Part shown: piece by piece, positions 1 through 12,755 of the stretch | Position numbering within the stretch: the stretch's first letter is position 1 | How the letters are laid out: each line of letters begins with the position of its first letter | Source: the human T2T-CHM13v2.0 reference genome, Homo sapiens | DNA length: 64,000 nt | NCBI RefSeq assembly: GCF_009914755.1 | Contig: NC_060945.1 | Reading direction: 5' to 3' (one strand) | Made by a program: the position numbers and the translations under genes | The notes under the pieces: model-generated | Told to the model about the DNA's origin: nothing | Databases searched by the model: none | Seen by the model: the letters and a program-made list of their open reading frames with translations, nothing else

Positions 1-1539
1 GTGGTTAGCTAGGGCCAGAGACTGTCAAAGGGAGATAGGCAGCCCTTGGTGGGGTTAGGCTCCGCCAAAGCTGTCCCTAGCACAAAGGTTCCTGGCGCCA
101 TGCCTGTGGCAGCTCTGTCTCTGTCTAATCTCTGAAGACATCCACCTACCAGCTCAAATGTCCGTGGCGCGTGTGAGGTCTCCAGTCTCCAAGTCCCTTC
201 ACTTACCCTTTCCTCAGACACCGCTGGAGGCCAGGAAGCAGCCTTAGCATTCAGTTACCCGCACGGAGTTTCCAGCTTCCTCCCTCTTCAGCCTCAGGGT
301 CTGCATCTTTTCTACATCCACATTCAGCATCTTCTTTACAAAGATCTGTTGAAATTATGTTGATTTAGTCAAAATCTCGGCCTCTCTCCATGGGAGCCAC
401 ACTTCCCAGCAGCATTGAGTTGGCCATCTTAAGACCCAGTTGGTGTATAATTTTTAAATATTTAATAGAAACTTTAAAATATTTGAAAAATTAATCTTAC
501 ATTATCACACTGCCCATTCTGAATTGTCAGCTTCCATGAGTGTAATCATTAGCTTAACTGTCTGTACTATGTATTCTTCAAATTAAAACAAATGACATAG
601 TTATTTGGAATAATTTTTTATAAAGGTGGACAACACGATGTTTCTGTAGCGTTATTAAATTACTAGTTATCTAGTTATCTAACTTGGACAGCACTTAGCA
701 AGTTAGATAACTGACTTGATAGTTTGTAAAACTAATCTCATTGACATTTCTTCTAGTCCAGATATTATTTTCTCCGATAAACAACCATTGTTTATAAAAT
801 CACTGTCAAGGAAAGATTAAAATAGATTTAATGAACTAAAAGAAGTAGAAGGTTTGTTTATTAAGAGGAAGAGTTCAGAGATCTGAGCTCAATACGAGTA
901 CACATCTTAAATGAAATAAAGGGAATAATGAGAAAGAAAGAAGTCAAATGAATATCTAAACATGTTTCATCAAGGAAAATATAGGAAAAACATTTGCCTA
1001 TATATTCATAAAGGCAAAATGTAAATATCTAATTAAAGTGCAGTTGTAAAGAAGGACAGGCAATACAGCTTTATTAACATACAGCTGCTTTTTACTGGTT
1101 ATCCAACATCCTTGATGAAGATTAGATTTTATCACCCACCATCTCCTCAGGGTCCACCTGCGAGGTGGTGGGTTTTGCAAGTTGACAAACACAACTGAAC
1201 TTTATCTATTATTCACGTTGGGTTTCTATATGAATTTCTGTGAATAAAGTTTTCTATTACTAAATTTTTAATAGTAAAATTGAGAACGTTTTTCTTATTG
1301 CCATTATTTTTTCTTTTCTTTTTATACATTATTTTACAGCATCTTTTAATGCTGTCAATCTATAGAAGATAGAATGTTGTTGTATTTCCTTACAGGTTCT
1401 ACTGACTTTGAAGTGTTCTGAAGTTGAAGGTTATGATTCTTTCTCATTTTGTTTCAAAACAGGGTCCCCATTTCCCTAACGTAGGATTCGAGGGCACAAG
1501 CAGAGGAGGAAAGGGGTGTCAAAGTCAGAACCGCCTAGA

Positions 1540-2310
1540 AGGCAACGAGAAGCAGAAGCGCAGGCCTGCGAGATGCTCATCAGAGTGACTTAGCTGTGGG
1601 CTGCGGAAAGCAACGGAAGGAACTCACATCCACTGGCCGCATTCCGCTCCCCGGAACGGAGGACAGAGCCGAGTTTCTTCAGGCAGTGGCTCCGGCCAAC
1701 TCTGCCCCACAGGTAAGGAGCGCGCAGCTGCCACACACCGCAGGCAGCGCGAACACAGACTCGGCCTTCCTAGGGCGCCGGCGTGTTGAGGGCGCCGCCC
1801 CCGTCGCTGCTGGGAGCTCGGCAGGCCCGTGGCCTTCTGCCTGGTTCTCCCGCCTCTGCAAGCCTCGCCTTCAGGACTCCGCCTCGCCTTCCTCTTTTCT
1901 GTTGGACAGACTCACGGGACCGTCTGCCTGGATGATGTGTGCACATTTCTTACCACGATTCCTCTGCACACCAGGTCCAGGGACTGCCGCGCTAGGGACG
2001 GCACAGCTGAACTGTGCAGGCAGCGAAGGGGCCTCACGGGGACCGCTCAGCTCCCTGAGGGCGCAGCCCCCCCTGGTCGGGGGGGAATAAACTTCCGCGG
2101 TTTTCAGTGACCCAGTTTGTGGCACGGCACAGGTTGAAAAGTTAAAATCTGAGCGCGTTAACTTCAGAGATGTACTGTGAGCGGCTTTGTGCAGCGAAAT
2201 GACCTGTTTACCGAACAGCGCCCTCTGTAGCCCAGTGCTCAGAACGGGCCTTTTCATGATGTTCCTGCGTTGTGTTTACAGCCTCCCTGTGAGGGGGTTG
2301 CGCGCACAGG
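1540..2310. promoter_or_regulatory. CpG-rich island-like segment downstream of TCP10L
   Basis: High GC and many CG dinucleotides (e.g. gggcgccggcgtg, gcgccgcccccgtcgc), against an AT-rich flank at 400-1450. Confidence 0.6.
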
Positions 2311-3144
2311 TGGACCTCGTTTTATTGCGCCTTGCTCTATTGTGCCTCGCAGATACTGCACTTTTTTTACAAATTGAAAGTTTGTGGCAACTCTGTTGGG
2401 GCACCTCTATGGGTGCCATTTTTCCAACGGCTCGTGTTCACTTCATATCTCTGTGTCATATTTTTAATTCTTGTAATATTTCGAATTTTTTCATTATCAT
2501 TATATCCGTCATGGTGATCTGTAATCAGTGATCTTTGATTTTACTTTGTAATTGTTTTGGGGAACCAACGACCGCACCCACGTAAGACAGAAAACGTAAT
2601 AAATGTCACGTGTGTTCCGAGTGCTCCAATGACCAGCTGCCCCCCATCTCTCTCCCTCCCCTCAGGCCTCCCTGTTCCCTGAAACGCAATTGTGGGATTA
2701 CACCATTAATAACCTACAACGGCCTCTAAGTGTTCAAGTAAAAGGAAGAGACACACATCTCTCACTTTAAATCGAAAGCTAGAGTTGATTAAGCTTAGTA
2801 GGGAAAGCCTGTTCCAAGTTGAGATAGGCTGAAAGCAAGGCCTTTTGCACCCAGGAGTTAGCCCAGTTGTGAATGCAAAGAAAAACCTCTTAAAGGAAAT
2901 TAAAAGTGCTGCTCTAGTGAACACATGAATGACAAGAAAGCGAAACAGCCTTATTACAGTGGTCTAGATAGATCAAACCAACCACAGCGTTCCCTCAGGC
3001 CAAAGCCTACTCCAGAGCAAGGAACTCTCCTCAGTTCCACAAAGGCTGAGAGGAGTGAGAAAGCTACAGAAGAAAAGTTTGAAAGTAGCAGAGATTGGTT
3101 CATGAGGTCTAAGGAAATAAACCATGTCCACAACATAAAAGTGC
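2307..3144 (+). mobile_element. Tigger1 (TcMar-Tigger) 5' fragment with degenerate transposase N-terminus
   Basis: Matches the recalled Tigger1 5' end (cagg..cctcgttttattgcg..gcagatactgc) and the transposase start (gcctctaagtgttcaagt..ctcactttaaatc..aagctag). ORF 2925..3167 ends in AERSEKATEEKFESSRDWFMR..HNIKV. Confidence 0.85.
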
Positions 3145-4208
3145 TTCCCTCCAATAAAATGTCATGAAATAAGAACTTTTTACAAATGTGCTCATTGCTG
3201 ATTCCCTAGCCCTAAAACAATGCCTGCCACATGGTGACCATTGAATAGCTACGGGATGACGGGTCAGAAGGGGCATCAGGATGAATGATCACTCATGAAC
3301 AAGGCAAAACAAAGGACATTTTCAGATGAGCCAAAATTGAAAGAGTTGATTGCCCCCATCTCTTCATGCTCGTCAACTAGAAGGAAACTGTGCCCAAGAA
3401 ACGGGAAAGAAGCGCCCCAAATTCTGCATAAATTTAAAAAGTTTAAAGTAAACACTGGCTATGTAAACACCACAGTGATAATCATAACTAATACTGAGGG
3501 TAAAGACAACTTAGAGTAAAAATCCTGGCAGAAGCCAACACAATGACATGAGAGATTGGGGAGGAGAATCAGAACTAGAAGACTCTTGAGTTGGTTGTAG
3601 AGGACGGTAAGGATACTGATACATTTTCTTTACCAAGATAGGTTCCTGCAGAGGTCGTGAAGCTGCTGTGGTCATTTGCTGGCAGCGACGTGAAGATAGA
3701 ATTCTTTCCTGACTCAACCAGGGGCACTCTCGTCTCCTCCCCGTGAGACCCGCAATGCAGGAAGCACCCACAGCTGCATGGACAGAACTGGGGCCTGGGA
3801 AAGAGGCCAGGAAGGTGCCAGATGAGAGGGCGCTCCATCAGGGTGGCAGCAATGCCATGGGCTGGCAAATGGAGAAAGGGGAACAAAGCACCCAAGTGCA
3901 TCTAGCCCCAGCCACACGCCTTCTGCTGGGAGTGTGCTCAGAGGGAAGTGACCGCTAGGATTCGGAATCTCCAGTCACGGCCCCTGGAGACCGGCATGTG
4001 GGCTGTGTGTGGGGTGGAGGGCTGGGGGTGTTGGCAAGTCTCACAGGTGAGGACCCAACGAGGGAATCAGACAAAAAGTGGCCACAAATTAGGCAGCTCC
4101 AGGAAGGACATGTCCTTGCCATAGTAAGATGTTCTGCTCACGCGTATCCACGAGAAAGCCCCGCATTTCACGGGGAGCATAGAAACAGGAGTCCCCAACT
4201 CTGCTCAC

Positions 4209-4320
4209 CAGCTCCTCCGGCTGCTGCCATCTGCTCCTGCAGCATGGCGGCCTGGGAAGCCTGCACTGGTGATTTTCTGCCACTCAAGTTTTGCAGACTT
4301 CGGGAAGATGGATGCATAGC
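4209..4320 (-). pseudogene. Orphaned TCP10-family exon downstream of the TCP10L stop (AMHPSSRSLQNLSGRKSPVQASQAAMLQEQMAAAGGA)
   Basis: Acceptor ttgccccag and donor CTG|gtgagc are intact; open in phase 0. Resembles the recalled continuation of the TCP10/TCP10L2 proteins (MHPSSRS..GRKSPVQASQA). Confidence 0.7.
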
Positions 4321-4678
4321 CTGGGGCAATGACAGTCACAGGCCCGCCTTGTCACAAGGTCCCTGGAGCGGGCAATGCCTTGAGCCCAAAGGCTGGGAGC
4401 ACAAAGCCATCTTCAGCCATCCTCGATTTCCAGCAAGACCCCAGGGCTCACCCAACAGCCCGACACTCCATACTACAAGGTGGGTTAATTTTTTTAAAGA
4501 CTCTGCAGAAATATACCAACTACAGAGCTCAGGAAAGCAACTGATTTATAAAACCCAATCCAAGTTGTTTGCTTTTATAGCATTAGAGACATGTCTGAAG
4601 AACTTCAAGTTTTTATCTATAGAAACATAATTAGTTTAATAAATTACTAGGTCTATTTTGAATAACAAATTGAGTACT

Positions 4679-4684
4679 TTTATT
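4679..4684 (-). terminator. TCP10L: AATAAA polyadenylation signal of TCP10L
   Basis: tttatt on + strand, ~90 nt past the TGA stop. Confidence 0.65.
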
Positions 4685-4770
4685 AGACCTAAGTGGAACT
4701 TTATCTGAATCTGAATTTTCCAAGGGGCCAGTGTAGAGTGACACAGGTGTCCGAGGCCACCTTTCCATCT

Positions 4771-4920
4771 TCAGACACCCCCCCGTCTCTCTGCACAGGG
4801 AGTTGGCCTTCCAGTAGGTGTTGCTCTTCTGTCTTGACGTCTCCTGGAAAGATTTTTATCTCTATTTTCCTGTGGTGGTGTTTTCCACGAGCTAATTCTT
4901 TCTATCTTTAAACTCATTGG
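4771..4920 (-). CDS. TCP10L: TCP10L last coding exon (PMSLKIER...ERRGGV*)
   Basis: Acceptor ttttcag|CCA at 4920; 49 codons + TGA; completes a 215-aa protein matching recalled TCP10L. Confidence 0.93.
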   Translation of the reverse strand, partial: PMSLKIERISSWKTPPQENRDKNLSRRRQDRRATPTGRPTPCAERRGGV

Positions 4921-5705
4921 CTGAAAACAAATGTGGGAATATTTTTGCATTAGTAACAATTATATTATTTTTAAATGTTAAGCAACACATCATACCAGCT
5001 ATCACAGAATGTAGATGATTCTACTCCCCCTTCCTACAGAAGGACACATGAGGTATCCACACTTAGTGTCTCTCATTCCCCATTTTACAGCCCACGCTCT
5101 TGTGAAATTTGGGATTCCAATACATGGCTGATATTGTAAAGTCAACAGTGAAATAAAGTGCTTGAAACTCAATTCAAAAATGCATAATAAAAATAATTTT
5201 CTACATTTTGCACTATTTAACAATTGATGGTTTCAAGGCGTGGATAAGCCACCCATTCAGTTATCTATTTACTCGTACATTGCCCCGCATGCCTGTGATT
5301 AACTCAGGTCAATGATGGAGCATGAGAGAAGTCCGCGTCTCACAGGAGGCTGGGCCTGTGCAGTCCACCCTGGGACTTACGATGTTTTGTACTCATAGGA
5401 TCTGAAAAGGCTCTTTTCCTACTTGTGACAAATGCTTGGAGTAGATTTCTGATCTTCCTTCAGGGAATAAAGTGTTATCTGCTCAGCAGTTGCTTTGGGA
5501 AAGAATGCGAGGGGATAAATCATCTTCAGGAGTTGGGGGCGCCTTCTCCATCCACATCAACCCAGTATCAGTTGCTGGCTGTGGACTCACGAGATTTGCT
5601 TCCTGAGTATGAGGGTGACACAAAGCTGGGACAGGAAGAGACACACTGGCTGGGAGAATGTTCTAAAGAGGAGCTAATTTTAACAAAGAAAAATGTGATA
5701 GAGAC

Positions 5706-6213
5706 TGCCGAGACCAGCTCGGTCAGGAAGACCCTAACCCAGCAGTGCTAGAGGAATTAAAGACATACGCACGGAAGTATAGCATGTGGAGTGGGAAATC
5801 AGGGCACTCACAGCCTTCAGAGCTGAGAGCCGTGAACAGAGATTTACCCACATATTTATTGACAGCAAGCCAGTGATAAATTGTTTCTATAGATTATAGA
5901 TTAACTAAAAGTATTCCTTATGGGAAACAAAGGGATGGGCCAAAACAAAGGGATGGGCTCTGGCTAGATATCCACAGCAGAAACATGTCCTTAAGGCACA
6001 GATCGCTCATGCTACTGTTTGTGGTTTAAGAACGCCTTTAAGCGGTTTTCCACCCTGGGTGGGCCAGGTGTTCCTTGCCATCATTCTGGTAAACCCACAA
6101 CCTTCAGCGTGGGCATCATGGCCATCACGAACATGTCACAGTGCTGCAGAGATTTTGTTTGTGGCCAGTTTTGGGGCCAGTTTATGGCCAGATCTGGGGG
6201 CCTATTCCCAACA
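5706..6213 (-). mobile_element. MER9 (HERV-K HML-3) solo LTR with 6-bp TSD AGAGAC
   Basis: Minus strand reads TGTTGGGAATAGGCCCCC...CTGGTCTCGGCA (TG..CA termini). agagac at 5700-5705 and 6214-6219. Confidence 0.9.
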
Positions 6214-6690
6214 AGAGACAAAATAGCATCCTGTACTGTGGCTCCCAAGCTAACAGCGCCACCCCTGTTCAGAGGAGTCCACGCCGACAAGCAGCAGGTG
6301 CAAGACCGCAGTGCAGAAGCAGGGAGCACGGGAGGCTGCGAGCCCTCAGACTCACGGGTGGAGACAGTGCCACACACATCACCTCCGCAGCCTGCACCCA
6401 CGGAAACAAAGCCCCCAAGTCCCCTCGGCCCCAGCCAGACGCTTGCTGCTGTGAGTGTACTCAGAGGGAAGCAGCCGGGAGGACTTGGAATCTGCTCCAC
6501 AGCAAGAAGTGCTAAGGGTTAGGATCTTGTTTGAAAGGCATGTACCCGTGTCCTTGGAAGAACACAGGACTCCAGGGAGCACCATGCTCACCCAGGGAGG
6601 TGAAATTGTGTGGTGAGGAGCTGATGGGATGTGTGTGTTTGGGTACAGAACCTCTGCTTCTCTTTACAGATGATAAGCACAAAGGGTCAC

Positions 6691-6828
6691 CTTTGGAGGA
6701 GCTGAATTGTTAGATGACGATCTTTGTCCCAGGAGAGTGGCACTCTGATTCTTGTGGCCAGCGTATTTGGGTATTGTCTCTTCATCAGCTGACAGAGGTG
6801 AAATTTTTCCAAAAGCAGGTTCCAATGC
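6691..6828 (-). CDS. TCP10L: TCP10L coding exon 3 (ALEPAFGK...SAPPK)
   Basis: tttag|GCA acceptor, AAG|gtgacc donor; 138 nt, phase 0-0. Confidence 0.92.
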
Positions 6829-8076
6829 CTAAAAGACAAAATGCAGGGAAATTCTTCACATTTTCGAAGGTAAAATAAATTCAAATTTTAATACAATGAA
6901 GAATAATTGGAATGTCCTAGAAAAAAATAGGGTACAAGGTAGGGGGACTTGGACTGGGTTTTCCCCCTAATATGTTGATAAGAACAGAAACCCTCACCAA
7001 GCGTTTGTGAAGGAACCTTTGTGGAGCCGATGTTTGCTTTGTGTTTCTTATTGTGGTTCCTTGTTTCAAAATGATCACAGGATCCCAAAGGCTACAGAAC
7101 AAACAATCCCCAACATATCTTCCTTTAGGCTCCTGTGTCTTCAACCGGGAGTGTGTTAACGGAGGAAGAAAATGTGATACTACTTCTAGTGTTGTCTCTA
7201 CAACTTGTCTAAGATCCAAAATGCAAATTCCCAACTTTCCCTGTTATCAGCAGACTGACCTGGAACAGGGTGATCCTTCAGGTGGGATGAGGTATATTAG
7301 GTCTGGAATGCTAAATTATTCACCGTTCTGCCCTCTGAGGAGGAGAAGGGAATGAGAAGGGGAGAGGGTTGCTATGAACGAACCCTTAATATCAGATCCA
7401 GAGTGGCTCACCCACACAGCCATGCCCGCGTTCTGTGGGTGCTCGAGTCTCAGCCTTTTAGATATTCAGTCCCTAAAACGGCGACTACACACAGATACAC
7501 CTTCGCATATTTAAAGTGTGGGATTCACATATCCCATCCTGTTTCTTCAAATCAGGTATGCTCTTGTGAGCGTACATCCTGTTCTTATAAATAGCCCCAC
7601 GGTGACCAGTGCAATGCACAGAATGGAAAAATATTTGGAAATTCACCAAGCTCTAATCTCAAAATAAGAGAATGATCAAAACTGCAGGGCATGTGAAGAC
7701 TGAATAAGACTTCATTGACTCTTAGGGTAATTGTTATACAATGACCCAAATGGGGCAGTAGATACTATTTTTTAGGAACTGGCATACAATATATGTAGGG
7801 AAAAAAATCCCTGTGAGTCTTCTTGGGTTCTCCCCACAGAAGGTGGACAATCCCGGCCAGTATTTGTGGCAATTTCCCCCACTCTTCCTCTGACAGAGGA
7901 ACAGCCTGCCCAGCTTCTGCTCTTCCTTCCGCAGAAGGACTCGGCGCTTTGCTGTGCTGAGAGGCTAAACTCACTTTCTTTCTGAGGCAGCAGAAGCCAT
8001 CTCCATGGAAACAAAGCTCTCGCAGAGCTCCCGAAGAGTGGGAATAACTTCCAAGATTTCCCGTAATTTCTTGTAG

Positions 8077-8401
<325 letters not shown>

Positions 8402-8471
8402 TGTGGCTGTTTTTGCTGTGCTTGGAGAACAAACCACAGAGCAGTCTCCTCTGGAATGTATTCGGTGGGTG

Positions 8472-8473
<2 letters not shown>

Positions 8474-8515
<42 letters not shown>
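8474..8515. repeat. (TG)n microsatellite, ~21 units
   Basis: Seen directly. Confidence 0.95.
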
Positions 8516-8517
<2 letters not shown>

Positions 8518-8908
8518 GTAATCACTGTGCTGTATCGGAAATATTCTAAGTCCTGGAAGTACCGATTTAAAAGTTCACACAATAAATGCAGCTAGGAAAT
8601 GTTAGTACTTTTCTTAATCCACTAAGAAATATCCCCACTTACGTTTGGAGGGTGTTCATGTGGTTTCATGTGTTGTTACCTGTATGTATAATTTTAATGA
8701 TTCAAGTTATTTAGATCCATATGCAGGAAACAGAACCCAGACAAGGCAGTGATAACACTGGCCACATTCACACTCTCTTAGGCTGGTTCTTTGAGCGGTG
8801 TGATCAAACGTGAAAGCTCAGTGTTCTGTAGAGGCAGGCTGGTGCTGGGAGGCACCCACTACTTCAGCATGAGAATGCTGGTTCTTCGTTCGGGATAGAG
8901 CAGGTTAG

Positions 8909-9683
8909 TGATACAGGATGGGGGCAGGAAAGTCCTGGGTGGAGAAGAACGGGGTCCCTGGCTAGGGCTCGACCCCTGGGCCTGTGCCCATGGACCTACG
9001 CATTTCTGCTTTTGTGCCCAAATGTTGCATTTCCCAAGACCACCGTGGCCTGCCACACTCCCATCCTATGCCTATAAAAACCCCAAGACCCTAGCGGGCA
9101 GAGACCAAGCGGCTGGATGTCGAGAAGAACACACCGGCAGAAGAGCACACCAGCAGACACAGCAGACGCCAGCAGGCCATCGACTGGCGGAATGACACGG
9201 AGTTTGCTTGGGGTGGTCAGGGGAGAGCCCGGTCACTGGGCAGCCCAACTCCCAAGGGGAAAACTGCCTTCCCACTCCATCTCCCTTCTGGCTCCCCCAT
9301 CTGCTGACAGGTATCACCACTCAATAAAAAACCTTGCACCCATCCTCCAAGCCCATGTGTGATCTGATTTTTCAGGTACACCAAGGCAAGAACCCAGGAT
9401 ACAGAAAGCCCTCTGTCCTTGTGATAAGGCAGAGGGTCTAATTGAGCTGATAAACACAAGCTGCCTACGGAGGGGTAAACTGAAAGAGCTCCCGCACTGT
9501 AACACACACCCTCTGGGGCTTCAGCTGGAAACATTCACCCCCAGACACTGCCGTGGGGTCAGAGCCCCATAGCCTGCCGGTCTGTACACTCCCCTAGAGG
9601 TTTGAGCAGTGGGGAACCAAAGAAGCGAGCCACACCCCCATCGCACACCCTGCGAGGGGGACAAGGGAACTTTTCCCGTTTCA
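8909..9683 (+). mobile_element. ERV1 solo LTR, LTR1 family
   Basis: Termini TGATACAGG...GGAACTTTTCCCGTTTCA; TATA-like cctataaaaa ~9072; aataaa ~9323. Family name from recalled consensus. Confidence 0.75.
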
Positions 9684-10198
9684 ACAGGTCTCTATTGCAT
9701 TCTACACAGCTGTCCTAGAGGATGAACAGAAGGACACCAGGCTACTGAGCTGGCTCTGGAGTCACCCTGGGTTCAAATCCCAGCTCTACGTTCTCCAGCC
9801 CGTGGCCACGATGGGGTTAGTAATAGGATCCATTTCATAGGGTCGTCATAGAGAGTAAGACCGTAAAGCTCCGTACCTAGCCCATGTAAAGTCCACAGTA
9901 AGGGTTTGCTGCTGTTGTCCTGAGACATCATGAGATGTCTTAGAATTCTGGACTTGAGACACACGGCCTGGGGGCGGCAATGCTTCTGTCTGCTGGAGTG
10001 CCAGGTGAGAGGCCTGATGTATCCAGTTCTTATTAATCATTACTTACGGGAAATGGAGTTGATGGAAAGATAGCAACCCCTCCCACCACCCGGAGCGTGA
10101 GTGATACCGCGTCATTCAGCAATAAAGCCCACATCTTTATGGGGACGCTATTTTTACATAACGCAAACGGTACAAAAACATAAATGCGCTTTTGGTAC

Positions 10199-10414
10199 CA
10201 GAGTGTGCGATTCTTGCCCCGCGTGTGGGGACGCTGCAGATTTCTTCCTGGCTTTCCACCGCTGCAGCTGCAGAGCTCTCAGCTTTTCTCGGAGCTCCAT
10301 GTTCTGCTCCCTCAAAGCATCTATATGACTCCGGAGTTTTCCATGAACATCAGCCCACAGAGACTTCTGTCTCCCAAGCTCTTGGTGGAGTCTGATGATC
10401 TGCTGCTGTAATGG
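10199..10414 (-). CDS. TCP10L: TCP10L coding exon 2, coiled-coil/leucine-zipper region (PLQQQIIRLHQEL...QESHTL)
   Basis: taacag|CCA acceptor, CTG|gtacca donor; 216 nt, phase 0-0. Confidence 0.92.
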
Positions 10415-10546
10415 CTGTTATTGGGAAGAGAACACCAGAAAAACCTCTCAGATGTCACAATGGGCACATTTATCTGCAAAATACTCAAGCCCTCTCTGAT
10501 GTAAGACCAACACTATTTCTGGAATAAAAGACACCCGATGAGATAA

Positions 10547-10942
<396 letters not shown>

Positions 10943-10985
10943 TAACCAGATAAAGATGGTTAGTGAATTATGATTTTTTTGTTAA

Positions 10986-11291
<306 letters not shown>

Positions 11292-11308
11292 TAAAAATTA
11301 TGGAAGCC

Positions 11309-11636
<328 letters not shown>

Positions 11637-12161
11637 TCAACCTAACATGTTAGCCTTCCCCTGGGATCCTTCACTGGATCGTAGAGCCTCCAGCCTTGCT
11701 CTGAGAATAAGTGGGATCGTGATAAAGGTACAGTCCTGCACTGGGTGGCCCTGGCCACAGGGACCCGTGGGACTTTAATGACAGCAAGCACTGTCCAACA
11801 GGGTCCAATGAGGAAGATGGTAAAAATCAGGAAACTTGCTGGGATGATGTGAGGCATGTCAACTTTCTGATTTTCTTTAATGAAGTTTTTAAAGTCTGGT
11901 GCCTTCTCCTGGATTAGAGGAGAAAAGCTGGAATGTTAATATTTTCTTTAACTCCCTGCCCTGCCTCCCATCCACCAAGAGATACGGTTGCAGAGGGGGA
12001 AAGAGCCACATGCCCCTTGGAGAGGAAGTACAGAATCAGTGTCCCGGGGTGGTGCATTCCTACAGGGGTCCAGCAAGGGAAAGTCCAATGACGGGCCTCA
12101 GGGACAGGAATCAGGGTCCCGCCTGGTGGGACTAACTCTGTCCCCACAGAGCTCAACTCAC

Positions 12162-12305
12162 TGGCATCTCCCCAGTGTTGCAGTCCTCCGTGAGAACCTC
12201 GGCTGCCACAGCTGTCTTCTCCATGACAGCCCCAGCTCCTGGGCACGGGTCCTCTGGGTGGGTGCCCTCTTTGGGGTCCCTGGCCTCGAGTTGACCTGCC
12301 AGCAT
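12162..12305 (-). CDS. TCP10L: TCP10L first coding exon (MLAGQLEARDPKEG...TGEMP)
   Basis: Acceptor ccaaccag|G ATG (exon starts 12306), donor CCA|gtgagt; 48 codons. Confidence 0.93.
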
Positions 12306-12593
12306 CCTGGTTGGGAAGGGAAGGGCTATGGGGACACTTGAATGCAGCCCTCCTACCCCGTCAGTGTGGGCTGAAGGCCCCAGCCCCAAACTAAGGGTGA
12401 GCAGGACCCGCAGCCGCTCCTTCTCCCCCTGGGTCATGTGCACATTCCCAGGCCCGAAGCTGACCAGGTGAAAGGACACCACAGACAGAGGGACTGAGCT
12501 GTCCACACCTGGCTCTCCACCATCCTCCGTGGAAAATGCTTTAGATCCTAGAAGATCAGCCTGACACCTAACACACTCCAGTCATCCAAAGAG

Positions 12594-12755
12594 GGGTGTG
12601 AGTGGGGTGTGAGCCGGTGTGAGTGGGATGTGAGTGGGTTGTGAGCAGGATATGAGCGGAATGTGAATGGATGTGAGCGGATGTGAGCACGATGGTCTTG
12701 GGGTATGAGCAGGTGTGAGTGGAATGGTCTCAGGGTGTGAGCAGGTGTGAGTGGA
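12594..12755. repeat. Degenerate ~10-bp tandem repeat (GTGTGAGYGG-like)
   Basis: Repeated gtgtgag/atgtgag units. Confidence 0.75.

Noticed and set aside
1596-2090. 164-aa plus-strand ORF
   Set aside because: Non-ATG start inside a CpG-rich, stop-poor block; no protein-family signal.
3998-4630. 210-aa plus-strand ORF
   Set aside because: Starts at GTG, has no recognisable domain, and lies antisense to the orphan TCP10 exon in GC-rich sequence.
6019-6522. Overlapping 124-167-aa ORFs on both strands
   Set aside because: They straddle the MER9 LTR boundary and intron sequence; most likely chance.
7975-8069. Possible cryptic minus-strand exon with donor AAA|gtgagt
   Set aside because: Weak AAG acceptor with an A-rich upstream tract; 95 nt is not frame-preserving.
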